From positions 41,798 to 105,797 of the IMG/VR virus record IMGVR_UViG_3300020048_000056: DNA of 64,000 bases; one strand, written 5' to 3'. The first letter of the stretch is position 1. Each line of letters opens with the position of its first letter. Shown piece by piece: positions 1 through 9,315 of this stretch. The stretch is from a virus. The translations under genes were made by a program, and so were the position numbers. A model generated the notes under the pieces. The model worked only from the letters and a program-made list of their open reading frames with translations, searched no databases and was not told where the DNA came from.

Positions 1-1
1 G

Positions 2-88
2 GGAAATGCCACTCCGCTTGTGATTCGTGCATTTGCGGCAACGGCTAACGTTATTACTATTCATGGTTTTGTGAATGTTATTGCGTAA
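2..88 (+). CDS. 3' end of a truncated upstream gene (probable tail-fibre-associated small protein)
   Basis: Open frame GNATPLVIRAFAATANVITIHGFVNVIA* ends at TAA 86-88, overlapping the next ATG (TAATG). Confidence 0.7.
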   Translation, partial: GNATPLVIRAFAATANVITIHGFVNVIA

Positions 89-1083
89 TGAGATATCCAC
101 GCACACCATCGTTACCAGTTAGTGCTACGTCTTATGGGCGTGGAGTACAGCCAGCGTATGTTTCTATACCTTTAGTTGTTCAGTATTTGGTAATTGGTGG
201 CGGGGCTTCTGGTGGTTTTGGAAATATCCAAGTTTCTGGAGGCGGGGGCGGTGCTGGTGGATATCGCTGTAGTTTTAATGGGGACAACTCTGGCACAAAT
301 GTTGGTGCTGAAATTGCTTTAGTTCTTTCCACAGGCTCATTTTTTCCAGTAAAAGTTGGAACTGGTGGGGCAACTGTTGGTCCAGCCACTGTACTTGCTG
401 GCAATATTGTTGCTGGCCTTAATGGAAATCCTTCTTCTTTCGGTCCCATTGAAAGCATCGGAGGTGGTGGCGGTGGAGCCGCTGCTAACGTAGCAACTCC
501 TGCCTCAAACGGCGGTTCTGGTGGCGGCGGTGGTGCTGCTGCAACATCGGGTGTAGTTGGAAATGGGACCGTAGGCCAAGGGAAAATGGGCGGTACTGGA
601 TTTCCAAGCGCGACTGTAACTGTTAGATCGGCTGGTGGTGGTGGAGGAGCAGGCTTTGTTGGAGTTAATGGGGCAAGCACCGTTGGTGGAAATGGTGGCG
701 CTGGAATAGCCTCATCTATTACTGGCACTTCTATAACCCGTGGCGGCGGTGGGGGCGGGTCTACCACGTTAAACGGTGGCGGTACTCAAGGAACTGGTGG
801 CTCTGGCGGTGGTGGTGCTGCTTCGGTTGGTAACGTTTTGCCAGGTAACGGTTCCGCTAATACTGGTGGTGGTGGTGGTGGTATTTCTAATAATAATACC
901 GTTGGTGGAGGAACGGTGGGAAGTGGATCGGGTGGATCAGGGGTAGTTATTATCAGGTATCCAGATGTTTATACTGCGATATTTTCTGCTGGTGTTACTC
1001 AGACAACAGCAACTAGTGGACGTTTTAAAGTATCTACAATTACAGCGACTTCTACAATAAATGAAACGGTGACATTTAAATGA
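88..1083 (+). CDS. Glycine-rich tail-fibre/virion accessory protein
   Basis: YLVIGGGASGG...GGGGGAGGY and ANTGGGGGG...GSGGSGVVIIRYP motifs typical of the phage Gly-rich domain family. Confidence 0.75.
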   Translation: MRYPRTPSLPVSATSYGRGVQPAYVSIPLVVQYLVIGGGASGGFGNIQVSGGGGGAGGYRCSFNGDNSGTNVGAEIALVLSTGSFFPVKVGTGGATVGPATVLAGNIVAGLNGNPSSFGPIESIGGGGGGAAANVATPASNGGSGGGGGAAATSGVVGNGTVGQGKMGGTGFPSATVTVRSAGGGGGAGFVGVNGASTVGGNGGAGIASSITGTSITRGGGGGGSTTLNGGGTQGTGGSGGGGAASVGNVLPGNGSANTGGGGGGISNNNTVGGGTVGSGSGGSGVVIIRYPDVYTAIFSAGVTQTTATSGRFKVSTITATSTINETVTFK

Positions 1084-1118
1084 GAGTATCAGTATATGCC
1101 ATTGCTAAGAATAAGTAG
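1080..1118 (+). pseudogene. Possible remnant of a GT2 glycosyltransferase N-terminus (MRVSVYAIAKNK*)
   Basis: ATGA-coupled start; the 12 codons resemble the GT2 start 'MKIxVYAIxKNE' and then hit a stop. Confidence 0.4.
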
Positions 1119-1193
1119 TAAAGAAGTTATCAGGCTTTATCTATTAAATCCATATGTGAGGGTAATATAAAAATATGAAATTCTATATGAGAA

Positions 1194-1202
1194 TGGTATA
1201 AT
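1194..1202 (+). promoter_or_regulatory. Extended -10 promoter, leaderless start
   Basis: TGGTATAAT, 6 nt, ATG 1209; no Shine-Dalgarno. Confidence 0.75.
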
Positions 1203-1208
1203 TTATTT

Positions 1209-2771
1209 ATGTCAGTTAGAATTCAAATGCGTAGGGATACCGCTGCCAATTGGACGGCAAATAATCCCATCCTTGCAGCAGGGGAAATGGGCCTAGATAC
1301 CACAAACAATACTTGGAAAATTGGTGATGGTGCTAAAACATGGTCATTGTTGACATACTCAAATGCCACATTTGGACCTTCATCATTAACTGGTAATACT
1401 ACAATTCCTGTTCTTTCAATTAGTCAAGTAGGTTCTGGTCCTGCCCTTCTTGTAGAAGATTCTACTTCTGTAGATACTGATCCTTTCATTATTACTTCAT
1501 CAGGGGATGTTGGTATGGGTACACTAACTCCCTCAGCCAAACTAGATGTAGTTGGTAATGCAAGATTCTCAGGACAAATTACATCTCTAGTCGCTACAAG
1601 TTCTCCACCACTCATTGTTGCATCAACGACGGTAGTTACTAATCTTAATGCTGATCTATTAGATGGACAACATGGAAGTTATTATGCTCCCCTTGCTTCT
1701 CCAGCACTTACTGGAAGTCCAACAATCTTAGCAAACACAAGTACTCCAGCATTAACTATTACTCAGACTGGGGCAGGCGCAGCACTTTTGGTGGAAGATT
1801 CTGCATCTATTGATAGCACTCCTGTTGTTATTGATACAAATGGCAGGCTTGGTATTGGGACAACGACTCCCGCTTCTCTCCTGCATATTGAATCGGATGC
1901 GGCACATCATGTTAGATTTATTAAGAACTCTACAGACGCACAACCTGTTTACCTGATGTTTAGGAAGCGTAGGGGCACGGCTGCCGCCCCAACAATTGTT
2001 GCTGCTAACGACTACTTGGGGATCACCCAATATCTTGCATATGACGGTGCATCTGATCAGGCTGTGGCATCAATTTCTGTGCAGGTTGATGGGACTCCTG
2101 CTGCTGGTGATGTACCTACTCGTATGTGGTTTGCTACGACTCCCGCTGGTTCTTCTACTCCAGTATCACGAATGAATATTGCTAGTACTGGAATAGTGAC
2201 CATTACTGGTACTGTTCCTGCTGTAGACACAAATACTACTCAGGTAGCGACTACTGCATTTGTGGTTGGTCAAGGGTACTTAAAGTCGGCCACGGCTTCT
2301 TCAACCTATGCCCCACTTGCTTCTCCCACATTGACTGGTACTCCATTATCTACCACTGCTGCTATAGGTACAAATACAACACAGATAGCCACTACTGCAT
2401 TTGTAAATCAACGTGAAGAATTTCTTGAGATTGCTCTTTCTGATGAAATTACCGCTATTACTACGGGGGTAGCCAAAGTAACATTACGTGCTCCATATGC
2501 TATGACTCTTACCCAAATTCCAAGGTCAAACGTAAATACTGCTTCTTCTTCTGGTATTCCTACAGTAGACATTAAGGTTACTGGAACCACAATTCTAGGT
2601 GCCGCCAAATTAACTATCGATGCTACTGAAAAGACTTCTACTACAGCAGCAACTCCAACAACATTAGTCACATCAACTATTGCTGATGATGCTGAAATCA
2701 CCTTTGATGTTACTGTCGCGGGTACAGGAACCAAGGGACTTAAAGTAATTATATATTACAGAAGGACATAA
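1209..2771 (+). CDS. Tail fibre protein with Mtd-N-like N-terminal domain
   Basis: N-terminus RIQMRRDTAANWTANNPILAAGEMG...KIGDG; APLASPxLTGTP and TQIATTAFV fibre repeats; GxVGIGT repeats. Confidence 0.8.
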   Translation: MSVRIQMRRDTAANWTANNPILAAGEMGLDTTNNTWKIGDGAKTWSLLTYSNATFGPSSLTGNTTIPVLSISQVGSGPALLVEDSTSVDTDPFIITSSGDVGMGTLTPSAKLDVVGNARFSGQITSLVATSSPPLIVASTTVVTNLNADLLDGQHGSYYAPLASPALTGSPTILANTSTPALTITQTGAGAALLVEDSASIDSTPVVIDTNGRLGIGTTTPASLLHIESDAAHHVRFIKNSTDAQPVYLMFRKRRGTAAAPTIVAANDYLGITQYLAYDGASDQAVASISVQVDGTPAAGDVPTRMWFATTPAGSSTPVSRMNIASTGIVTITGTVPAVDTNTTQVATTAFVVGQGYLKSATASSTYAPLASPTLTGTPLSTTAAIGTNTTQIATTAFVNQREEFLEIALSDEITAITTGVAKVTLRAPYAMTLTQIPRSNVNTASSSGIPTVDIKVTGTTILGAAKLTIDATEKTSTTAATPTTLVTSTIADDAEITFDVTVAGTGTKGLKVIIYYRRT

Positions 2772-2773
2772 TT

Positions 2774-3607
2774 ATGGGTGGAATTCTAATGAATCCTTAT
2801 AGACATAAATCTCCTTGGAATTTAGCAACTGGTGGTAATACAGTTAACACTGTGACTAATTACAATGGTACTGGACAAACTTGGAATGTTCATAGTTTTA
2901 CCGATACTGGCATTGGATCTTTTAATATTATTAATGGTCCAAATCCATTTACATATTTACTTATTGCTGGAGGCGGTGGGGCTCTTGGTAGTGGAACTTA
3001 CGGTGGTGGAGGAGGAGCAGGAGGATACTTGACTGGATCAACATCATTAACTAATGGATCTATATCTTTGTCTGTTGGAATTGGAGGAGGTGGAAGCACA
3101 CAAGGAGGTGGTAGCACTTTTGGATCTATCGTTACAATTGGAGGTGGATCTCAAGGAGGAGTCGGAGGCTCTGGAGGTGGGGGACAAGGATACTGGCCTT
3201 ATGCTCCTGGCGTGGGTACTGCGGGGCAAGGTAATACAGGAGGAACAGGTGCCAGTGGAATTAAATCATCAGGTGGTGGTGGAGGAGCAGGGGCAGTAGG
3301 AGGTGCCGCCGCTTCTAGGGCAGGAAATGGAGGATCAGGTCTTTCTAGTTCAATAACTGGAATATCCGTAGTACGCGCAGGAGGAGGTGGAGGCGGATCA
3401 GATGCAGAATCAGGAGCAGGAGGTACTGGTGCAGGATCTGGAGGATCTGGTGGCGGGGGTAACGGAGGATTTAATACTTTTCCGGCTGCCTCCAATGGTG
3501 GCAGCGGCGCTGCAAACACTGGTTCTGGTGGTGGAGGAGGAAGTCAGGCAGGATCAGGAGGTGTAGGAGGATCAGGAATAATTATAATTGCTTATCAGAT
3601 AGCATAA
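2774..3607 (+). CDS. Glycine-rich tail-associated protein
   Basis: ATGG...VHSFT start, YLLIAGGGG, C-terminal GGSGIIIIAY. Confidence 0.75.
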   Translation: MGGILMNPYRHKSPWNLATGGNTVNTVTNYNGTGQTWNVHSFTDTGIGSFNIINGPNPFTYLLIAGGGGALGSGTYGGGGGAGGYLTGSTSLTNGSISLSVGIGGGGSTQGGGSTFGSIVTIGGGSQGGVGGSGGGGQGYWPYAPGVGTAGQGNTGGTGASGIKSSGGGGGAGAVGGAAASRAGNGGSGLSSSITGISVVRAGGGGGGSDAESGAGGTGAGSGGSGGGGNGGFNTFPAASNGGSGAANTGSGGGGGSQAGSGGVGGSGIIIIAYQIA

Positions 3608-3638
3608 ACATAAGTGATATAATCTTATTAGGTAAATT

Positions 3639-4469
3639 ATGACTCAATCTATAGGAACAACCTATCTATCAACAATCGCTACTCTAAGCGATAAAGCAAC
3701 CATTGTTGAAGCATTTCAATATTATCATTTAGGTGGTCTTACAGGATCTGTAGAAGAGAACAGTATAGAGAAGCGACTTGTAGATATAAATGCCCGTGCA
3801 GGCACAATAGAGACAAATTTGGGGTACGGAGAACTACCTTTGCCCTCTCCAGTAAACACAAGACTTACTGCTCTTGAAGTTGCAACTGGAGGAGGAACAT
3901 TATCCTCTACTTATCTTAAAATGATCCCCACTAGCATTAATCCAAACCTAGTCACTCCAGCAACAAGTTCAGTAGTTCCTATGACAATTCAAGGGGTAGT
4001 TGGTCAATCAGCAAACCTTCAAGAATGGAAAACTAGTGCTACCTCAGTAGCCTATGTAGATCCAATTGGAAAAATTTATTCAAGCAATGGGGGGGCAGTA
4101 GCAGAAGTAGCCACTATTTCTGGAACACAAACACTAACTGATAAAAGATATGTTGTTGGAATAAATCCAAGAACTGCATCCTATCTTTTACAACTAACAG
4201 ATCAAAGTAAAGTTGTTGAAGTTAATTCATCATCAACAACATATGTTTCAATTCCTGGAAATGCAAACGTGGCTTTTCCAGTTGGAACATACATTGTTGT
4301 TTTGCAAACTGGTACAGGACAAGTAATAATAGATGGACAAATAAATGTTGGGTGGACGGTAGTTATTAATGCAACCCCAGGTCTTAAGGCCAGAACTCAA
4401 TGGTCAATGATAACTTTAATTAAAAGAGCAACAAATACGTGGGTCGTTGCTGGAGATCTAGTAGCATAA
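3639..4469 (+). CDS. Minor tail/fibre protein
   Basis: C-terminal 'AFPVGT.I.V.Q.GTGQV...LIKRATNTWVVAGDL' domain common in phage fibre proteins; TGATATAAT at 3615-3623 upstream. Confidence 0.7.
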   Translation: MTQSIGTTYLSTIATLSDKATIVEAFQYYHLGGLTGSVEENSIEKRLVDINARAGTIETNLGYGELPLPSPVNTRLTALEVATGGGTLSSTYLKMIPTSINPNLVTPATSSVVPMTIQGVVGQSANLQEWKTSATSVAYVDPIGKIYSSNGGAVAEVATISGTQTLTDKRYVVGINPRTASYLLQLTDQSKVVEVNSSSTTYVSIPGNANVAFPVGTYIVVLQTGTGQVIIDGQINVGWTVVINATPGLKARTQWSMITLIKRATNTWVVAGDLVA

Positions 4470-4478
4470 TGGTATAAT
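4470..4478 (+). promoter_or_regulatory. Extended -10 promoter, leaderless start
   Basis: TGGTATAAT, 6 nt, ATG 4485. Confidence 0.75.
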
Positions 4479-4484
4479 TTTACT

Positions 4485-5345
4485 ATGCTTTATACAGACC
4501 CATATCTCCTACCTTCCCCAGAGCAAACAGATCCAGTAGATGTATCCCTACACATTAATCTATTGGCTGAGGCGGTAGACCTAGAACTTGGTAAAAAGGC
4601 TGACTTGACATCTCCAGAATTTACTGGAACACCTACATCAACTACTCCAAGTCCTGGAAATAATACAACATATATAGCCACAACAGCGTTTGTTAAAACA
4701 GCAATTGATAATGATGTTATTGCAACTGGGGAAGTTGTAAATTCAATGCTTGCATCAGATTCAGTAACTAATATAAAGGTCAGTGCTTCAGCAGCCATAG
4801 CACAATCAAAAATTAGTGGATTAACGACTGATTTAGGGTTAAAGGCTCCACTGGCTTCTCCAACTTTCACAGGGACAGTAGTTCTTCCAAGTACAACATC
4901 TATAGGAACTGTTACAAGCACACATATTGGATATCTGTTTGCAGCAGCATCTAATATTCAAGATCAGATAAATGCTAAAGCAGAAAGAGTCAGAGAGCCA
5001 TCTACTGATTTAATAATTACTTCTAACATAACAACACTAGATGTTTCAAAATGGAGCATTGGTGTAGTTGCCCCATCTCCACCAGCAGCAAACTTTACGT
5101 TAAACTTAACAAATGTATTAGTAACTGACAATACAACAATAACTATAACTCTAATGGTTACTCAAGGATCTACTGGGTATATTCCATCAGCATTGCAGAT
5201 TGATGGGGTAGGGCAGACTATTAAGTGGCAAGGGGGTGTAGCGCCAGTTCCAACATCAGGTGCAGGGAAAATTGATATATTCTCATTCACTATTGCCCGT
5301 CGTACAACTTGGTCAGCATATGGATCTGCGTTACTAAACTTCTAA
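4485..5345 (+). CDS. Tail fibre protein
   Basis: SPEFTGTPT..IATTAFV and KAPLASPTFTGT repeats; C-terminal 'IKWQGG..P..T....DIFSF' fibre domain. Confidence 0.75.
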   Translation: MLYTDPYLLPSPEQTDPVDVSLHINLLAEAVDLELGKKADLTSPEFTGTPTSTTPSPGNNTTYIATTAFVKTAIDNDVIATGEVVNSMLASDSVTNIKVSASAAIAQSKISGLTTDLGLKAPLASPTFTGTVVLPSTTSIGTVTSTHIGYLFAAASNIQDQINAKAERVREPSTDLIITSNITTLDVSKWSIGVVAPSPPAANFTLNLTNVLVTDNTTITITLMVTQGSTGYIPSALQIDGVGQTIKWQGGVAPVPTSGAGKIDIFSFTIARRTTWSAYGSALLNF

Positions 5346-6136
5346 TGCCAAGATTATCTAGCATGGGTGGCATATATGGACCAATATCTGGTAAAGCCAG
5401 AAGAATGTTTAATTTAGCAACTGGTGGATCAATTGCTGAAGTTCCAAACTACAATGGAACTATAGAAACTTGGAATGTTCACACAATTACTGCTAATAGT
5501 AATTTTACAATTCTAAGATCAATAGATGCGTTCTCAATTCTTGCTGTTGCTGGTGGTGGGGCTGGTGGAGCGCAGATTGATGGGAATACTCGTTGCGGAA
5601 CTGGTGGTGGTGGTGGGGTAATCCTTACTTCTGCTTCCATAAATCTTGGCACTTATCCAGTTGTTGTTGGTCTTGCTGGTCCTGGAATTTATCCGACACT
5701 CGCCAATAACGGTGGAAATACTACGTTCAATGGGCTTACTGCTATCGGAGGCGGCGGTGGTGGGAGAGCAGCAAATACAGGAAATTACAACGGCGCTAAC
5801 GGTGGATCTGGAGGTGGAGGCGCTAATGATCCTGGTGGAAGTTATGGCAGCGGAGGAACTAATACTGCTGGCCAAGGCTACGCGGGTGGTAGTGGATGGA
5901 ATACAACGAATACTTGCAATGGTGGTGGTGGCGCTACAAGTGCTGGGGCGCAGAATTATGCTGGTAGAGCCAGAACGGTTACGATTACGGGGTCATCTTT
6001 GAAAGTCGGGGCAGGAGGCGCAGGAGACGGTGTTAACGCCGACACCTCAACATACGGACAAGGTGGGTACGGTGGTGTTGGATATCAGGGCATAGGGCAA
6101 AATGGCGTTTTAATAGTTGCCTATAGAATAAGATAG
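5345..6136 (+). CDS. Glycine-rich tail-associated protein (paralog of 2774..3607)
   Basis: Start revised to the ATG overlapping the upstream TAA; NLATGG...NYNGT..TWNVH is shared with the 2774 ORF. Confidence 0.75.
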   Translation: MPRLSSMGGIYGPISGKARRMFNLATGGSIAEVPNYNGTIETWNVHTITANSNFTILRSIDAFSILAVAGGGAGGAQIDGNTRCGTGGGGGVILTSASINLGTYPVVVGLAGPGIYPTLANNGGNTTFNGLTAIGGGGGGRAANTGNYNGANGGSGGGGANDPGGSYGSGGTNTAGQGYAGGSGWNTTNTCNGGGGATSAGAQNYAGRARTVTITGSSLKVGAGGAGDGVNADTSTYGQGGYGGVGYQGIGQNGVLIVAYRIR

Positions 6137-6169
6137 TATTTTTATTAAAATAATATGGAGGGTAAATAG

Positions 6170-6646
6170 ATGTTTGTAGCAGCAAGTAGTTCCTCTGGAG
6201 GTAGATTTATACCTATAAAACCAGTATTGGTCTTTATAGGTAATGGTCAATTTTCTATAGATCCATATGATTCATCATTAGACTATAGGGTGTCTTCAGG
6301 TACAAGATCTGGATCAACTATTGTTCCAGTTGGAACATCAAGCCCAGTAACTTTAATAGCCTATGCTCCAAAAGGAATTATGCAATCAACATCTTCCATA
6401 TGTGAGTGGAGAAACATTACTACAAGCCAAGTACCCTATTATGGATATGGACAAACTGGGTGGACATATACTTGGTGTACTGGAACTTGTCCAAATGGAG
6501 CAGGTTGTCGTTATTGGGCAAATGGAGATCCATTTTGCCAAAATGCAACTTATGGAAATGATGCACTTTTAGGATACAATGCGGTAGAGGATACACCCCC
6601 TATGGGATTTGCTAAGGCTTATGGCCAATGGTGGTCTACTTCATGA
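6170..6646 (+). CDS. Hypothetical virion-associated protein with Cys-rich C-terminus
   Basis: GGAGG SD upstream; operon context. Confidence 0.6.
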   Translation: MFVAASSSSGGRFIPIKPVLVFIGNGQFSIDPYDSSLDYRVSSGTRSGSTIVPVGTSSPVTLIAYAPKGIMQSTSSICEWRNITTSQVPYYGYGQTGWTYTWCTGTCPNGAGCRYWANGDPFCQNATYGNDALLGYNAVEDTPPMGFAKAYGQWWSTS

Positions 6647-6990
6647 ACATTAAAGTTAGTCGGGGAAATCAACTTTTTATGGAATGGGAAATGAAGAACA
6701 GAAAATTTGAAAATATTAATGGTGAGGTGCTAGAATTTTCACTTAAAGATAATATATTAAGATCATTTAGCAGAACAATCTGGGATAATGATAAGAGAAC
6801 TACAGGACTATCAAAAGATATAGTTCTAATAAATAAGGATGAAGGAGTATCTATGGTTTTTATGACTTGGGATACATCATTCCTTCCAGTAGGAATAAGC
6901 AATTATGAAATATTAATTGTGGGTAAGAATGAAGATGAAGTTCCTACGATGTTTTTAGAAGATTGTGGAACGGTAGAGATAGTTGAATAA
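6643..6990 (+). CDS. Hypothetical protein
   Basis: ATGA overlap with the previous stop. Confidence 0.55.
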   Translation: MNIKVSRGNQLFMEWEMKNRKFENINGEVLEFSLKDNILRSFSRTIWDNDKRTTGLSKDIVLINKDEGVSMVFMTWDTSFLPVGISNYEILIVGKNEDEVPTMFLEDCGTVEIVE

Positions 6991-7171
6991 TTCACCTTTG
7001 CAGTTACTAAAAGACGCCATTAAACTAGCAGATACAGAACTATCCGATAAAAGAATGTCTATCTGTCAAGAATGTCCATTTTTTACTGGAGTTTTATGCA
7101 CATCTTGTGGCTGCATAATGAAAATTAAAACAAGATTGCTGAATATGAAATGTCCATTAGATAAATGGTAA
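6983..7171 (+). CDS. Small Cys-rich protein (DUF6171-like)
   Basis: R..IC..CP....C..CGC...KT......CP..KW pattern. Confidence 0.65.
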   Translation: MNNSPLQLLKDAIKLADTELSDKRMSICQECPFFTGVLCTSCGCIMKIKTRLLNMKCPLDKW

Positions 7172-7285
7172 CCGTAATCAAACTGTTACATTAATCACCT
7201 AAGTCTTTCCTCATAGCCACCTTGTTAAATATACAAAAAGTTGCTACAATAGAAGTTCACAAAAATTCAAAGAAGGTGGTGTTTT

Positions 7286-9250
7286 ATGTCATTTATTGAC
7301 GAAAATGGATCGATTTCTGATCCCTATAGAAACTTTATCCATGTAAGTAGATACTCACGATGGATAGAGGAAAAAGGAAGACGAGAGACTTGGGTGGAGA
7401 CTGTAGATCGATACATGTCATTTATGAAAAACCACCTTGTAAAGAATTATAATTACGATGAAAACGATATCAAATTTGATGAAGTGCGAGAGGCAATCCT
7501 CAACCATAAGGTAATGGGCAGCATGAGAGCCCTAATGACCGCAGGGCCAGCATTAGACAGAGATCATATCGCAGCATACAATTGCTCTTTTATCGCGGTA
7601 GACAGTCTGAGAGCCTTTGATGAGGCTATGTATATTCTAATGAATGGTACTGGTGTTGGATTCTCAGTAGAACAGAAATATGTTGCTCAACTACCCGTAA
7701 TTGCAGAAGAACTATTTAAGACTCATACAACTATTATGGTTGAGGATTCCAAGTTGGGATGGGCTAAAGCATATAAGGAACTCGTTGGTTTACTTGTTAC
7801 TGGTCAAATTCCAGAATGGGATATGTCAAAGATTCGTCCCGCAGGCGCACGACTAAAGACGTTCGGTGGCCGTGCATCAGGACCAGAGCCATTGAACGAT
7901 CTTTTCAAGTTTACTGTTGAGCAATTCAAGATTGCTAAGGGACGTAGACTCAAATCAATTGAGGCACATGATCTTATGTGTAAGATTGGTGAGGTTGTTG
8001 TTGTCGGAGGCGTTCGTCGTTCTGCTCTCATTTCACTATCTAATCTGGATGACTTTGAAATGGCTAAGGCTAAGTCTGGTCAATGGTGGGAAACAGAAGG
8101 TCAACGTGCGCTAGCCAATAACTCAGCGGTATATAATATGAAGCCTAATACTGCTCAGTTCCTCCGTGAATGGAGAAATCTATATGAGTCAAAGTCAGGT
8201 GAGCGTGGTATCTATAATATGGATTCCGTTCGTAAGCATATTGATAAATTCGGTCGCAGAGATTCATCTCTGGTCGCTGGCACTAATCCCTGCGGAGAAA
8301 TCCTTCTACGGGCAAATCAGTTCTGTAACCTTACCGAAGTAGTTATCAGTGCTGATGACGATGCTAAGAGTCTTTCAGAGAAAGTTCGTATAGCAACAAT
8401 CTTGGGTACTTGGCAAGCAACGCTAAGCAACTTTAAGTATATTCGTAAGTCTTGGAAAACTAATACAGAAGAAGAAAGACTATTGGGGGTGTCCTTAACA
8501 GGTATCTTTGGCAATACTCTTACTGGAACAATTCATGATGGATTAGAAAAACTTCTCACGGATATGCGTGAAGTCGCTGTAGCAGTCAATGTTGATGAGG
8601 CAGATATCCTAGGAATTCAGCATTCTGTAGCAATCACCACGGTGAAACCGTCAGGAACTGTTTCTCAACTCACGGGGGTATCTAGCGGTATTCACCCTTG
8701 GTATTCAGAATACTATATTCGATCTGTTCGTGCTGACAATAAAGATCCTATGACAGTATTCCTAAAGGACTTTGGAGTACCAAGTGAGCCAGACGTTATG
8801 AAGCCTGATGCTACTACAGTATTTTACTTCCCAATCAAGGCTCCAGAAGGGGCAACGGTAACTTCAGATCTATCAGCAATTGATCACCTTGAGATCTGGA
8901 AGATGTACAGAACTCATTGGACAGAGCATAATCCTTCAGTAACAATTAATATTGCAGAAGATGAATGGCTAGATGTAGGCGCTTGGGTTTATAAGAACTT
9001 TGATCATATTGGTGGGGTATCATTCCTACCAGCATCTGAGCATTCTTACAAGCAGGCTCCATATCAAAAGATTAGCAAAGAAGAGTATGAAGAGGCTGTG
9101 GCAAAGATGCCAAAGCGTATTCCTTGGGAATCACTTCCTCTCTATGAATTAGAGGATTCAACAACTGGAAGTCAAGAATTGGCTTGTAGTGGATCTACTG
9201 GTTGTGAAGTTGTAGATATAACATATTCAGAACCAATTTTAGTTAAATAA
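7286..9250 (+). CDS. nrdJ: Class II (adenosylcobalamin-dependent) ribonucleotide reductase
   Basis: YNCSF, GGVRRSA, GTNPCGEI, TVKPSGT and a C-terminal CxxxxxC pair; no adjacent beta subunit. Confidence 0.93.
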   Translation: MSFIDENGSISDPYRNFIHVSRYSRWIEEKGRRETWVETVDRYMSFMKNHLVKNYNYDENDIKFDEVREAILNHKVMGSMRALMTAGPALDRDHIAAYNCSFIAVDSLRAFDEAMYILMNGTGVGFSVEQKYVAQLPVIAEELFKTHTTIMVEDSKLGWAKAYKELVGLLVTGQIPEWDMSKIRPAGARLKTFGGRASGPEPLNDLFKFTVEQFKIAKGRRLKSIEAHDLMCKIGEVVVVGGVRRSALISLSNLDDFEMAKAKSGQWWETEGQRALANNSAVYNMKPNTAQFLREWRNLYESKSGERGIYNMDSVRKHIDKFGRRDSSLVAGTNPCGEILLRANQFCNLTEVVISADDDAKSLSEKVRIATILGTWQATLSNFKYIRKSWKTNTEEERLLGVSLTGIFGNTLTGTIHDGLEKLLTDMREVAVAVNVDEADILGIQHSVAITTVKPSGTVSQLTGVSSGIHPWYSEYYIRSVRADNKDPMTVFLKDFGVPSEPDVMKPDATTVFYFPIKAPEGATVTSDLSAIDHLEIWKMYRTHWTEHNPSVTINIAEDEWLDVGAWVYKNFDHIGGVSFLPASEHSYKQAPYQKISKEEYEEAVAKMPKRIPWESLPLYELEDSTTGSQELACSGSTGCEVVDITYSEPILVK

Positions 9251-9269
9251 ATAGATTAAGTATGGCATT

Positions 9270-9299
9270 GAGGGGAGGTAGTTTTTACTACCTCCCTTC
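9270..9299 (+). terminator. Hairpin terminator after nrdJ
   Basis: GAGGGGAGGTAGT-TTTT-ACTACCTCCCTTC. Confidence 0.75.
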
Positions 9300-9300
9300 T

Positions 9301-9309
9301 TGCTATAAT
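9301..9309 (+). promoter_or_regulatory. Extended -10 promoter, leaderless start
   Basis: TGCTATAAT, 6 nt, ATG 9316. Confidence 0.78.
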
Positions 9310-9315
9310 TAGACT

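Noticed and set aside
1209-2771. Diversity-generating retroelement suggested by the Mtd-like N-terminus
   Set aside because: No reverse transcriptase and no template/variable repeat pair is visible in the window.
180-3519. Pro-rich minus-strand ORFs (180..767, 3199..3519) and other minus-strand ORFs in the track
   Set aside because: They are antisense shadows of Gly-rich or other + strand genes, with no independent start signals or motifs.
7168-7285. Cobalamin riboswitch, NrdR box or GlnR/MtrA-like repeat (GTAAT-N6-GTTAC) upstream of nrdJ
   Set aside because: There is no room or motif for a riboswitch, no convincing NrdR palindrome, and the direct repeat is too degenerate for AT-rich DNA.
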